64,000 nt of DNA, taken from assembly GCA_965219695.1 (NCBI GenBank), contig CBDCOJ010000032.1:517747-581746 (forward strand). Reading direction: 5' to 3'. Positions 1 to 8,511 of the stretch are shown here, piece after piece (positions within the stretch are counted from its first letter, which is position 1; every line of letters begins with the position of its first letter). The notes beneath the pieces were generated by a model. The model saw only the letters and a program-made list of their open reading frames with translations. It searched no databases and was not told where the DNA came from. Made by a program: the position numbers and the translations under genes. Source of the stretch: Candidatus Poribacteria bacterium (lineage in GTDB: Bacteria; Poribacteria; WGA-4E; WGA-3G).

Positions 1-31
1 TTTTCAAACCTTCGAATTTGCTATAGAAACT

Positions 32-877
32 ATGGTCCTCGGTGCACATGTTTCCGCTTCCGGTGGAATACACAATTCTATCAAAAATGGTGACAACCTC
101 AAGTGTGACGCAATCCAAATTTTTCTTGCGAATCCAAACCGTTGGGAGTCAAAGCCACCAACAACGGATGTCATTGAAAAGTTTTGTTCAGCATGGGAAG
201 ACTCTCCTATTCGAGACGTGATTGTTCACGATATTCATCTTAGCAACCTTGCATCTCCAAAACAGGATGTGTTAGAAAAATCACGCAACCAATTTAAACA
301 GATGATGGAGCTTTCATATAAGACGGGAATTCGCCATATCGTTACACATCTCGGGGCACATCTTGGTGAGGGAGAAGAGTTCGGGTTGAAGATGTTAAGT
401 GATAGTTTTGATTTACTATTTGAAACGACAGATGCACCAGATGTCGTGGTACTGCTTGAAACAACAGCTGGACAAGGCACAAACCTCGGCTACTGCTTTG
501 AACATTTGCGCGATGTTATCGGCATGTCAAAATATCCAGATCGGTTCGGTGTCTGTCTTGATACCTGCCACGTTTTTGCCGCTGGTTATGATATACGTAC
601 TACAGCAGATTGTGACACAACATTTAATAAATTTGACGAAATTATCGGATTGGAACGACTAAAGGCATTTCATATCAATGACGCGAAATCGGAGTATCAG
701 AGCCGCGTAGATAGACATGAACATATCGGTGAAGGAAATATCGGCGCAACAGCATTTGCTTATATCCTTAACGATCCGCGCTTTGCACAAACGCCACTCA
801 TTATTGAAACGCCGAATATGAATACAATGCACGGAAAAAACCTAAAAGCACTACGCGGTTTAGTGAAAAATAATTGA
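32..877 (+). CDS. nfo: deoxyribonuclease IV (endonuclease IV, AP endonuclease family 2)
   Basis: 281-aa ORF. The TIM-barrel Nfo pattern (HxxY...metal-binding His/Asp/Glu) is visible in the translation. The gene starts about 30 nt into the window. Confidence 0.8.
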   Translation: MVLGAHVSASGGIHNSIKNGDNLKCDAIQIFLANPNRWESKPPTTDVIEKFCSAWEDSPIRDVIVHDIHLSNLASPKQDVLEKSRNQFKQMMELSYKTGIRHIVTHLGAHLGEGEEFGLKMLSDSFDLLFETTDAPDVVVLLETTAGQGTNLGYCFEHLRDVIGMSKYPDRFGVCLDTCHVFAAGYDIRTTADCDTTFNKFDEIIGLERLKAFHINDAKSEYQSRVDRHEHIGEGNIGATAFAYILNDPRFAQTPLIIETPNMNTMHGKNLKALRGLVKNN

Positions 878-893
878 CCATTCTGTAGTCTCA

Positions 894-1124
894 GTGTTTT
901 GTCCGCACCACTTAACGGAATCTAAGAAAATGCAGATCGGTCTATGGGAGGTAGCGTTTCTTATCCTCCTGCTTCTGGGAATAATATTGGTATCTCGGAT
1001 AGCAACGAATTTACAGACGAAACGCGTATGCCCTGATTGTGGATTAGCAATGCGCACATATTTACCAAGTTGCCCTTCATGTGGACGGAATTTGCCGTTA
1101 AAGGGTAAAAGAAAGTCAGAATAA
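894..1124 (+). CDS. small membrane protein with C-terminal zinc-ribbon (CPDC...CPSC)
   Basis: 76-aa ORF with one hydrophobic helix and a CxxC-x14-CxxC motif. It lies directly downstream of nfo. Confidence 0.35.
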   Translation: MFCPHHLTESKKMQIGLWEVAFLILLLLGIILVSRIATNLQTKRVCPDCGLAMRTYLPSCPSCGRNLPLKGKRKSE

Positions 1125-1304
1125 TTGAATTTATTTTCTTAATTATAAAGGAATTGGAATTTGGGAACGTTTTCCTTGACTATTGGGATACATTGAGGGA
1201 ATCTAACAATATAGGAAACACATCTATTCCGGTATGATTTTATAATAGTACTTAACATGCGGGCCTGTCCTACGGACAGACGCAATTTAGATAAGGAAGA
1301 GGAC

Positions 1305-2225
1305 ATGTCAACAAAAATTAAACTAAAAATTCAAGAGATGTCTTATCAGCACTCTGTCAAAACGAGGACAGATGTTCTGACAGAGCTTCAAGGTGTTAAA
1401 CAGGCAACGGTTGACCTTTGTAATAATGGGACAGTGATGAATTTGGACACTTCTCGTATCACCACAAAAAACATAACGAAATCAGGGTTTAAAGCGATAG
1501 AGAAATTTGAAAATATCTCGTTGCAATTTCTCAGTGCAGTCCTAATCCTATTTCTTGGCGTAATCGGCTGTTCCGATGTGCCTTACTCAGGTCCAATACT
1601 ATCGGTTGACCATGTTGACCGGTATCTTGACTCGGTAGGTGAAGATACAATCTGTCTCCAAGATGGATTTGATTCTATTTGCCTAAAAGAAATTCCGGGA
1701 GAATACGAAGCAGGCGACAACGTACCTATCGTCAACGTGCATCCAACAAGCCTTGTTTTTATGTTCTATTATGAAGACAGGCTGTTGTTGCGGGCGGAAA
1801 GATTAATGGATACCAGTCAGATTGTGCAAGAGATGATAGATTCTGGACAGGTCCAATCGCCAATTATCAATGGTACTAATGGAAATGTCCCAGAGGAGTG
1901 GGTAATCCAAATATACTATCCAGATTCATTTCCCGAAGCAAAACGAGGAAAAACACCCAATACCAGCGGATTTGACATTAAGGTCGCAAAGGGAATGAAG
2001 CAAAATATTAATAACCAACAAGAACTAAAAATAAAGAACTTTACCCAAATAAACGTAACTGATGGTACCCGAGGTATTCAATTCTCTATTGAAACTGAAG
2101 CTAAGGATATAACAATTCAAGTAGACAAATTAGTTTCTGGGTATACAGCAAAGTTCTATATCAATGCAGACGGCGTAGCATCTGATGAAGGTACTAATAT
2201 TCTTCAATTGATACCTCTACAGTAG
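1305..2225 (+). CDS. paralog A of tandem lipoprotein family (N-domain + WIVWIYYP C-domain, no linker)
   Basis: The ORF track frame is 1257..2225. ATG 1305 is preceded by aaggaagagg. A hydrophobic segment is followed by the lipobox LGVIGC-SD. The N- and C-terminal domains align with ORFs 2230..3396 and 3695..5341. The start is uncertain, with an alternative ATG at 1437. Confidence 0.6.
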   Translation: MSTKIKLKIQEMSYQHSVKTRTDVLTELQGVKQATVDLCNNGTVMNLDTSRITTKNITKSGFKAIEKFENISLQFLSAVLILFLGVIGCSDVPYSGPILSVDHVDRYLDSVGEDTICLQDGFDSICLKEIPGEYEAGDNVPIVNVHPTSLVFMFYYEDRLLLRAERLMDTSQIVQEMIDSGQVQSPIINGTNGNVPEEWVIQIYYPDSFPEAKRGKTPNTSGFDIKVAKGMKQNINNQQELKIKNFTQINVTDGTRGIQFSIETEAKDITIQVDKLVSGYTAKFYINADGVASDEGTNILQLIPLQ

Positions 2226-2247
2226 TCTCTTGGGAAGGAGTAACATC

Positions 2248-3396
2248 ATGGGAATGGGAAAAAGAATCGGTGGCATATTCCGTCAACGCTGTAGAAATAA
2301 AGTGGCGGATGCACTGGCAGAAAAGGCAAATGTTTTACGTGGAGGCGTGAACCTGCGTTGTAGTAATCAGGGAAGTTATCTTAATACATCGCGTAGTCCT
2401 AATTTCTTCCTTATAACGGCAATAATGAGAAAAGGTTTTGAAGCAGCCAAGCGAACCGTCCCTTTTTTACTAAGTTTGATCGTAAGTATTTTTATAGTAC
2501 TTTTAAACATAACCGGTTGTTCTGACAATCCTTATACAGGTTCAATGCTGCAACCCGGCGATGTAGATAACTATATTTTTTCACCTGGTGGCGGAAGAAT
2601 TTGTCTTACCAATGGGATAGAGACAGCTTGTGTAACACTTGTACCAAAAGGAAGAGATGGCACCTTACCCCTTATTTACATCTATTCATCAAGTATTGCA
2701 CATGTGTTCTATCATGAAGGTATGCCTATTATACGTGCAGAAAGAGAGACTGACACCTCAGGTATTATAAAAGAGATTACAGGAGGCACTGGCACACAAT
2801 CTGGCGGTGGTCCCGACAGCGGCATCGGACCTCGTGATGATGGCGGTCAACAACCCGGTGGTGGCACATCCGGCGGCGGAAATAACAACGGCAACGACGG
2901 AAACAACAATAATGGTGGCGGAAATAACAACGGCGGTACACCACCTACTGGTACACCACCCGGTGGTGGCCAAACGCAAGGGGATAATACTGGCGGTGAC
3001 AACAATGCTGGCACACCTCCTAACGATGGTGGTACTCCGCCTAATGACGATAGTCCTCCCAATAATATTGTTTCACATTACGTTTTTAGTAATCCCCCGA
3101 ATAACTTGTCCGGAGACGAATGGATAGTGTGGATATACTACCCGGATAACTATAGTGGGCCACGTGGGTTACCAAATTCCCCTGATGGATACGGGTTTAC
3201 TATTACCGTAGATGGTGGTGAAACAACAGAGTTTGCACAAGTTACTGGAGGCGAACGCGGATCCGGTGTTAGACTCGTCATTCGAACAAATCAGCCAGAA
3301 ACATATATCACCATAACATGGAATCCGCCCTATACTGATCGTTCCGCAACATTCACCCTTAAAAGTGATATTGACCTAAAAGATTATGACTTATGA
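2248..3396 (+). CDS. paralog B of tandem lipoprotein family (Gly/Asn/Pro/Thr-rich ~110 aa linker)
   Basis: ATG 2248 follows the RBS gggaaggag. The track start at 2230 is TTG in the same frame. Lipobox LNITGC-SD, conserved N-domain with the two-Cys motif RICLTNG..TAC, a G/N/D/P/T low-complexity region, and the conserved C-domain EWIVWIYYPDNY...ITITWNPPY. Confidence 0.7.
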   Translation: MGMGKRIGGIFRQRCRNKVADALAEKANVLRGGVNLRCSNQGSYLNTSRSPNFFLITAIMRKGFEAAKRTVPFLLSLIVSIFIVLLNITGCSDNPYTGSMLQPGDVDNYIFSPGGGRICLTNGIETACVTLVPKGRDGTLPLIYIYSSSIAHVFYHEGMPIIRAERETDTSGIIKEITGGTGTQSGGGPDSGIGPRDDGGQQPGGGTSGGGNNNGNDGNNNNGGGNNNGGTPPTGTPPGGGQTQGDNTGGDNNAGTPPNDGGTPPNDDSPPNNIVSHYVFSNPPNNLSGDEWIVWIYYPDNYSGPRGLPNSPDGYGFTITVDGGETTEFAQVTGGERGSGVRLVIRTNQPETYITITWNPPYTDRSATFTLKSDIDLKDYDL

Positions 3397-3694
3397 TCAG
3401 ATTCAAGGAATGTCCTGTTATCTCAAAGTATGCAGCAAACTATTAACAAGGTGAGTTTGATAACAGAATTCAATTTGGATTCCTCTAAATCGTGGAGTCA
3501 AGTTCACTTTCAATATTATTCAGGACAGATGTAAACTTGGTAAAAAAGAGTATATTTGGACACGAATCAAGTAAGCAAATTGGTCACTGGGTATACGGCA
3601 AAGTTCTATATCAATGCAGAGGGTGTCCCGTTTTGTGAAGTATAAACACCTTAGAATTGCTGCTGCTACGGTAACCTCTTAGAGGAGTAACACC

Positions 3695-5341
3695 ATGGCA
3701 AAAATAAAATTCGGAATCGGTAATATCTTCTGTCTCATAGCAGAAATAATGAAAAAAGGCATTGAAGCAGTCAAAAACCTCTTACCTCTATCACTAAGAT
3801 TAATAGGAGCAATCTTAATTATAATTCTTGGTATAACCGGATGTTCCGACAACCCTTATACAAGTTCAATGCTGCAACCCAGTGATGTAGATAAATATAT
3901 CTTTTCAAGTGGCGGCAGAATTTGCCTTACCAATGGGTTTGAGACAGCTTGCTTAACACTTGTACCGAAACGAAATAATCGCAATTTACCTGTAATCCAT
4001 TTTTATCCGTCAAGCATTGCCTATGTGTTTTATTATGAAGGTGTGCCTGTCGTACGTGCAGAAAGACCGATGGACACAACTGAAATAGTGGAACAGATAA
4101 CAGGCACAGGAACAGATACAGGAGGGGGAAATCAACCGCGCGATAGTGGCATTCGCGTGGTAGATATACCGCCTCCTGCAGATCCCCCACCTCCAGCGGA
4201 TCCGCCTCTACCTGAGACAGACGTTAGTCTTGATCCCGAAAAGACTGTTATTGACGTCAATCAAGATCCGCCTCTACCTGAGACAGACGTTAGTGGTCAG
4301 CAACCCGATAATACTGGTGGCAGTGGTCAACAACCTCGTGGCAATACTGGTGGCGGTACGAATCCGAACCCTAATTTTAATCCGTTGCCTATTCAACCGC
4401 CGACTGATCAACAACCCCCTGGCAGTCAGCAACCTCCTGGCGGTCAAACACCTGGCGACAACGGCGACGACGACAATAATGGCGGTCAAACACCTGGCGA
4501 CAACGGCGACGATGACAATAATGGCGGTCAAACACCTGGCGACGACGACAATAATAATGGCGGTCAAACACCTGGCGACAACGGCGACGACGACAATAAT
4601 AATGGCGGTCAAACACCTGGCGACAACGATAACAACGGTGATCAAACGCCTCCCGGTAATAACAATCCACCAGTCAATAACAATCCACCAGTCAATAACA
4701 ATCCACCAGTCAATAACAATCCACCAGTCAATAACAATCCACCAGTCAACACTCCGAACCCGAGTGGACACAACCCACCCGACAATGCTCTTTCACATTT
4801 AGTTTACGGGCACGCTGATGACGATCCTGCCCACCCTACACACGTAGATGGATGGATAGTGTGGATATACTACCCGCACAACTACGCTGAGCAAGGGCAT
4901 CCGCGTGGATTAGGCATTGAGCCGTTTAGTAAACAGACTGGTCCACGTTCAGTTGATGATCCCTTAACAGATTATAGAGATGATTACGGGTTTACATTGA
5001 GCGTAAGCGGTGGTGAGGTCACAGGATTTTCGCAAACTGAAGGAGACTGCATTGACGAACGTATCGGTCCTCCTACCTTTGAAATTGAAGACAACCGTGA
5101 GATGGGTCGAGACCAACGTGATGATATTGACGACACTCCATGCAGCGCAAGCGGGAACAACTATAGCGTTCAGCTCTTCATTAAAACGAATGCGGAAAAA
5201 ATAACGCTTACTATACAGTGGACTCACGGTATGTATGCTCCCCAGACTCAGAAATTCAACATAATGAAAGAAATTAGCATGAAAGATTGGGATGAGGCGG
5301 GGTACGACCCAGGTCATACTAACCAAGAAAGATGGGATTAG
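3695..5341 (+). CDS. paralog C of tandem lipoprotein family (~250 aa repeat-encoded linker)
   Basis: RBS gaggag then ATG 3695. Lipobox LGITGC-SD. N-domain about 80% identical to paralog B. The linker is built from 5 x GGQTPGDNGDDDNN and 5 x NNNPPV units. C-domain GWIVWIYYPHNY...ITLTIQW. Confidence 0.7.
   Translation: MAKIKFGIGNIFCLIAEIMKKGIEAVKNLLPLSLRLIGAILIIILGITGCSDNPYTSSMLQPSDVDKYIFSSGGRICLTNGFETACLTLVPKRNNRNLPVIHFYPSSIAYVFYYEGVPVVRAERPMDTTEIVEQITGTGTDTGGGNQPRDSGIRVVDIPPPADPPPPADPPLPETDVSLDPEKTVIDVNQDPPLPETDVSGQQPDNTGGSGQQPRGNTGGGTNPNPNFNPLPIQPPTDQQPPGSQQPPGGQTPGDNGDDDNNGGQTPGDNGDDDNNGGQTPGDDDNNNGGQTPGDNGDDDNNNGGQTPGDNDNNGDQTPPGNNNPPVNNNPPVNNNPPVNNNPPVNNNPPVNTPNPSGHNPPDNALSHLVYGHADDDPAHPTHVDGWIVWIYYPHNYAEQGHPRGLGIEPFSKQTGPRSVDDPLTDYRDDYGFTLSVSGGEVTGFSQTEGDCIDERIGPPTFEIEDNREMGRDQRDDIDDTPCSASGNNYSVQLFIKTNAEKITLTIQWTHGMYAPQTQKFNIMKEISMKDWDEAGYDPGHTNQERWD
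4439..4645 (+). repeat. in-frame 42-bp tandem repeat, ~5 copies (ggcggtcaaacacctggcgacaacggcgacgacgacaataat)
   Basis: Near-perfect head-to-tail copies are visible in the sequence. Copy lengths are 36/42/45 bp, all multiples of 3. Confidence 0.9.
4658..4747 (+). repeat. in-frame 18-bp tandem repeat x5 (aataacaatccaccagtc = NNNPPV)
   Basis: Five perfect consecutive copies are visible in the sequence. Confidence 0.9.
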
Positions 5342-5394
5342 GCAAAGAAAGTGTGGAAAGATCGAATCCTGCTCTTTTCTGAAGCGTGGTATCT

Positions 5395-6678
5395 ATGGAC
5401 ACAGCAAGAATTCAGGTCAAAGCAGGCAACGGCGGCAACGGGTGCATCAGTTTTCGTCGTGAAAAATTTGTGCCTCGCGGTGGTCCCGATGGTGGCGATG
5501 GCGGAAACGGTGGCAACGTAATCCTTGTTGCCACCCTTGGAATGAGCACCTTGATTGATTTACGTCATAACCCACGCCAAGTCGCTGAAAACGGTGGGCA
5601 CGGTGCTGGCAAGCAGCGGGACGGTGCTGATGGCGAAAACCGTATCATCAAAGTTCCCGTTGGTACTATTGTTAAAGATTTCGACACAGATGAGATGCTT
5701 GCCGATCTCACAGAACCTGATCAGACCGTTGTGGTAGCACGCGGCGGCATTGGCGGCAAAGGCAATTCTCGTTTTAAAAGCAGCACCTTTCAGGTGCCGC
5801 GCGTCGCTGAAAAAGGTGAACCCGGAGAAGAACGTGAGATTAGCCTTGAAGTCAAACTCATCGCCGATGTTGGATTAGTCGGTTATCCTAATGCTGGTAA
5901 ATCTACCCTCTTAGCTCGAAGTTCTGCCGCTACCCCCAAAATCGCTTCCTATCCATTTACAACCCTTATCCCTAATCTCGGTGTTGTCCGCATTGATCAA
6001 GAGCAGAATTTTGTGCTTGCAGATATCCCCGGACTGATAGAAGGCGCACACAAAGGCGCGGGATTGGGACACCAATTCTTGCGACATATTGAACGCACCA
6101 AGATGCTGATTCATGTCATTGACCTCAGTGCAACAGACGGTCGAGACCCCATCCAAGACTATGAACAGCTGAACCTTGAACTCGGTCACTACAATCCAAT
6201 GTTGACCGAGTTACCGCAAATTATCGCGCTCAATAAGGTTGATATACCGGAAGCGGAGGCGAATTTAGCACGCGTACAGGAATATTTCGGTAAGCGAAAA
6301 GTTTTTCCTATCTCTGCAATTACGGGTGAAGGTGTAAACGCTTTGATGCAACAGGCATACCGTTCCTTACAATATCTTGAAGCAAAGGCACGGGAACAAA
6401 CTGAAACAACAATCACTTTTGAACATGAATTACCCTCTGAACCGCGTGCCCGGTTTGAACTCCATAAAACTGAAAAAGGATTTGTCGTCACTGGTGATGA
6501 ACCGAGACGCGCTGTTGTTATGACCGACATGGAAAACGAACAAGCGTTAATGATGCTGTTTCGGAAATTAAAAAAGATGGGGGTAATAAACGCTCTTGCC
6601 CGTTCTGGCGTCAAAGAGGGTGATACAATTCAGATTGATGAATTCGAATTTACCTATAGTCCGAAAATGATTAAATAA
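5395..6678 (+). CDS. obg: GTPase Obg/CgtA
   Basis: Obg N-terminal glycine-rich fold (IQVKAGNGGNGCISFRREKFVPRGGPDGGDGGNGG). G-domain with GYPNAGKST and DIPG motifs, plus a C-terminal TGS-like tail. ATG 5395 is the likely start; the track frame begins at GTG 5386. Confidence 0.9.
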   Translation: MDTARIQVKAGNGGNGCISFRREKFVPRGGPDGGDGGNGGNVILVATLGMSTLIDLRHNPRQVAENGGHGAGKQRDGADGENRIIKVPVGTIVKDFDTDEMLADLTEPDQTVVVARGGIGGKGNSRFKSSTFQVPRVAEKGEPGEEREISLEVKLIADVGLVGYPNAGKSTLLARSSAATPKIASYPFTTLIPNLGVVRIDQEQNFVLADIPGLIEGAHKGAGLGHQFLRHIERTKMLIHVIDLSATDGRDPIQDYEQLNLELGHYNPMLTELPQIIALNKVDIPEAEANLARVQEYFGKRKVFPISAITGEGVNALMQQAYRSLQYLEAKAREQTETTITFEHELPSEPRARFELHKTEKGFVVTGDEPRRAVVMTDMENEQALMMLFRKLKKMGVINALARSGVKEGDTIQIDEFEFTYSPKMIK

Positions 6679-6689
6679 AGTGACACAGA

Positions 6690-7886
6690 ATGGAAAATAC
6701 CGGAGAGATCTTCACCCAGACACAATCGCACCGACAAGCCAACAGTATGGATCAACATAAGCGGGTTCAAGATCGTGAATGTTTATCTAATGTCCAACGC
6801 ATTGTCGTGAAAGTTGGCAGCAGCACAATTTCAGACAACCTGCGCATCAATGAAGCCGCACTTGATGGACTTGTCCACGATTTAGCAACTGTTAAACAAA
6901 ATGGAGTTGAAGTTATCTTGGTCACGTCGGGAGCGATTGCAGCAGGTTGGCCTTATCTCGGGCTTAGCACAAAACCACAGACGTTACCCGAGTTGCAAGC
7001 ATCTGCGGCTGTCGGACAGATTCGATTGATGGCTGCCTACGAAGAACGTTTCCGCCACTATCAACAAGTGTGCAGCACACATTTGCTCACACAGGATGAT
7101 TTCTCTGATAGGAAACGTTACACCCGTATGAACGATGCCCTGCAGGCGCTACTTCAACTTGACGCCATTCCGATTATCAATGAAAACGACAGTGTCGCTG
7201 TAGACGAAATTAAGGTTGGCGATAACGATACGCTTTCAGCCTACGTAACCAATCTTGTTCAGGCTGATCTCCTTGTTATCCTTTCCGATCAACATGGTTT
7301 TTTTACCGAGGACCCAAGACAAAATCCAGATTCGGAATTAATCCACACCGTAAACGTTATTTCGGAGGAAATGTGGAAAGCCGCGGGGCAAGCTGGCACA
7401 ACCAGTGGGACTGGTGGGATGATCACAAAGTTACGCGCCGCTGAAATTGTTACCGCTTCCGGTGAGATGGTAGTGATTGCCTATGGGCGAGAACCGCTTA
7501 TAGTTACGCGTCTCCTGAAAGGCGAACTACTCGGCACCCTTTTTCTTCCCAATACCCGTATCTCCGGGCGCAAACGCTGGATTGCCTATTCGCGTCCACC
7601 TAAAGGTTACCTTGTTGTAGATAACGGTGCCCGAAACGCGCTGATTCAAGGTGGAAAAAGTTTATTACCGGCTGGTGTTCAAGGCGTGGAAGGGCACTTT
7701 AATTATAGTGATACGGTTTCATGTTTCACTGAAAATGGAGTTGAATTTGCTCGCGGTTTGATAAACTATAACTCCACAGAGACTTCAAAACTCGCTGGTA
7801 AGCAGACACAAGACATTGAAAAAATTCTCGGTTACCACGATTATGATGAAATCATACATCGGGATAACCTCGTTTTGCTTGGTTGA
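6690..7886 (+). CDS. proB: glutamate 5-kinase (with PUA domain)
   Basis: Amino-acid kinase motifs (RIVVKVGSS..., GDNDTLSA) and a C-terminal PUA domain. The start may instead be the ATG at 6747. Confidence 0.85.
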   Translation: MENTGEIFTQTQSHRQANSMDQHKRVQDRECLSNVQRIVVKVGSSTISDNLRINEAALDGLVHDLATVKQNGVEVILVTSGAIAAGWPYLGLSTKPQTLPELQASAAVGQIRLMAAYEERFRHYQQVCSTHLLTQDDFSDRKRYTRMNDALQALLQLDAIPIINENDSVAVDEIKVGDNDTLSAYVTNLVQADLLVILSDQHGFFTEDPRQNPDSELIHTVNVISEEMWKAAGQAGTTSGTGGMITKLRAAEIVTASGEMVVIAYGREPLIVTRLLKGELLGTLFLPNTRISGRKRWIAYSRPPKGYLVVDNGARNALIQGGKSLLPAGVQGVEGHFNYSDTVSCFTENGVEFARGLINYNSTETSKLAGKQTQDIEKILGYHDYDEIIHRDNLVLLG

Positions 7887-7983
7887 TTCAAGATCTCTAT
7901 ATCAACAATTGTAAAACGAGAGGGCAGAACAAGTTGCGATTTAGCCTCAATGTATGTTATAATTGGTCTGAAAATGGAGAATA

Positions 7984-8271
7984 ATGAACATTCGTTTTTA
8001 TCAGGATCCAGAAACCGGATTGCCTCATATTTACAATCATAATGTCAACGAAGATGAGGTAGAACAAGTTTTACTAAACCCTGGTGAAGATTGGAAGGGC
8101 AGTAGAAACGCTCGGAATGCACTCGGGCAAACACAAAATGGACGCTATCTACAAGTTGTCTATGTTCAAGACTCGCAACCTAACAGTGTTTTTGTGATTA
8201 CGGCTTACGAATTAACAGGAAAGCCCTTGAAGGGATACCGGCGACGGCAACGAAGGAGTGGCAAACGATGA
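7984..8271 (+). CDS. BrnT-like (DUF497/COG2929) toxin of type II TA pair
   Basis: 95-aa protein. Its N-terminus (FYQDPETG...NHNVNEDEVEQVL) and C-terminus (RYLQVVYVQDSQPNSVFVITAYELT) resemble BrnT (FEWD..KHGVSFEEA...LLVVVHTER..IRIISAR). Its stop overlaps the start of the next ORF (atga at 8268). Confidence 0.5.
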   Translation: MNIRFYQDPETGLPHIYNHNVNEDEVEQVLLNPGEDWKGSRNARNALGQTQNGRYLQVVYVQDSQPNSVFVITAYELTGKPLKGYRRRQRRSGKR

Positions 8272-8477
8272 AGCAGAACAAATTTCCCCCCGGTTGGGAT
8301 GAAAAACGCGTGCAGAATGTCATCGCTTACTATGATCAGCAAACAGAGGATGAAGCTGTTGCTGAAGCTGAAGATGCTTTACAGAATGAACATAGCACGT
8401 TGATGGCGATTCCTACAGAATTGGTGCCTGCTGTTCTTGAATTGATTGATAGACATGTGGCTAAGGAACATTTGTAA
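8268..8477 (+). CDS. putative cognate antitoxin of BrnT-like toxin
   Basis: 69-aa acidic protein, translationally coupled to the upstream toxin-like ORF. Identified by position and size only. Confidence 0.4.
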   Translation: MKQNKFPPGWDEKRVQNVIAYYDQQTEDEAVAEAEDALQNEHSTLMAIPTELVPAVLELIDRHVAKEHL

Positions 8478-8511
8478 TATATAGTGTTGCCAATAGATAA
8501 AAAGGAATAAT

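Noticed and set aside
2758-3127. Alternative-frame ORFs (2758..2979 -, 2807..3127 +, 2847..3062 -) within the paralog B linker
   Set aside because: Same cause: low-complexity GC-rich repeat DNA is open in several frames. No independent start signals.
4439-4747. Possible CRISPR array because of regular direct repeats
   Set aside because: The repeats are directly abutting with no spacers. Unit lengths are multiples of 3 and in frame within a CDS. No cas genes are present. These are protein-coding tandem repeats.
4230-4802. Large antisense or alternative-frame ORFs inside paralog C (4230..4802 +, 4274..4771 -, 4389..4670 -) with striking repetitive translations
   Set aside because: They are by-products of the in-frame tandem DNA repeats; any frame of a perfect repeat stays open. 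The sense frame has the conserved flanking domains and an RBS.
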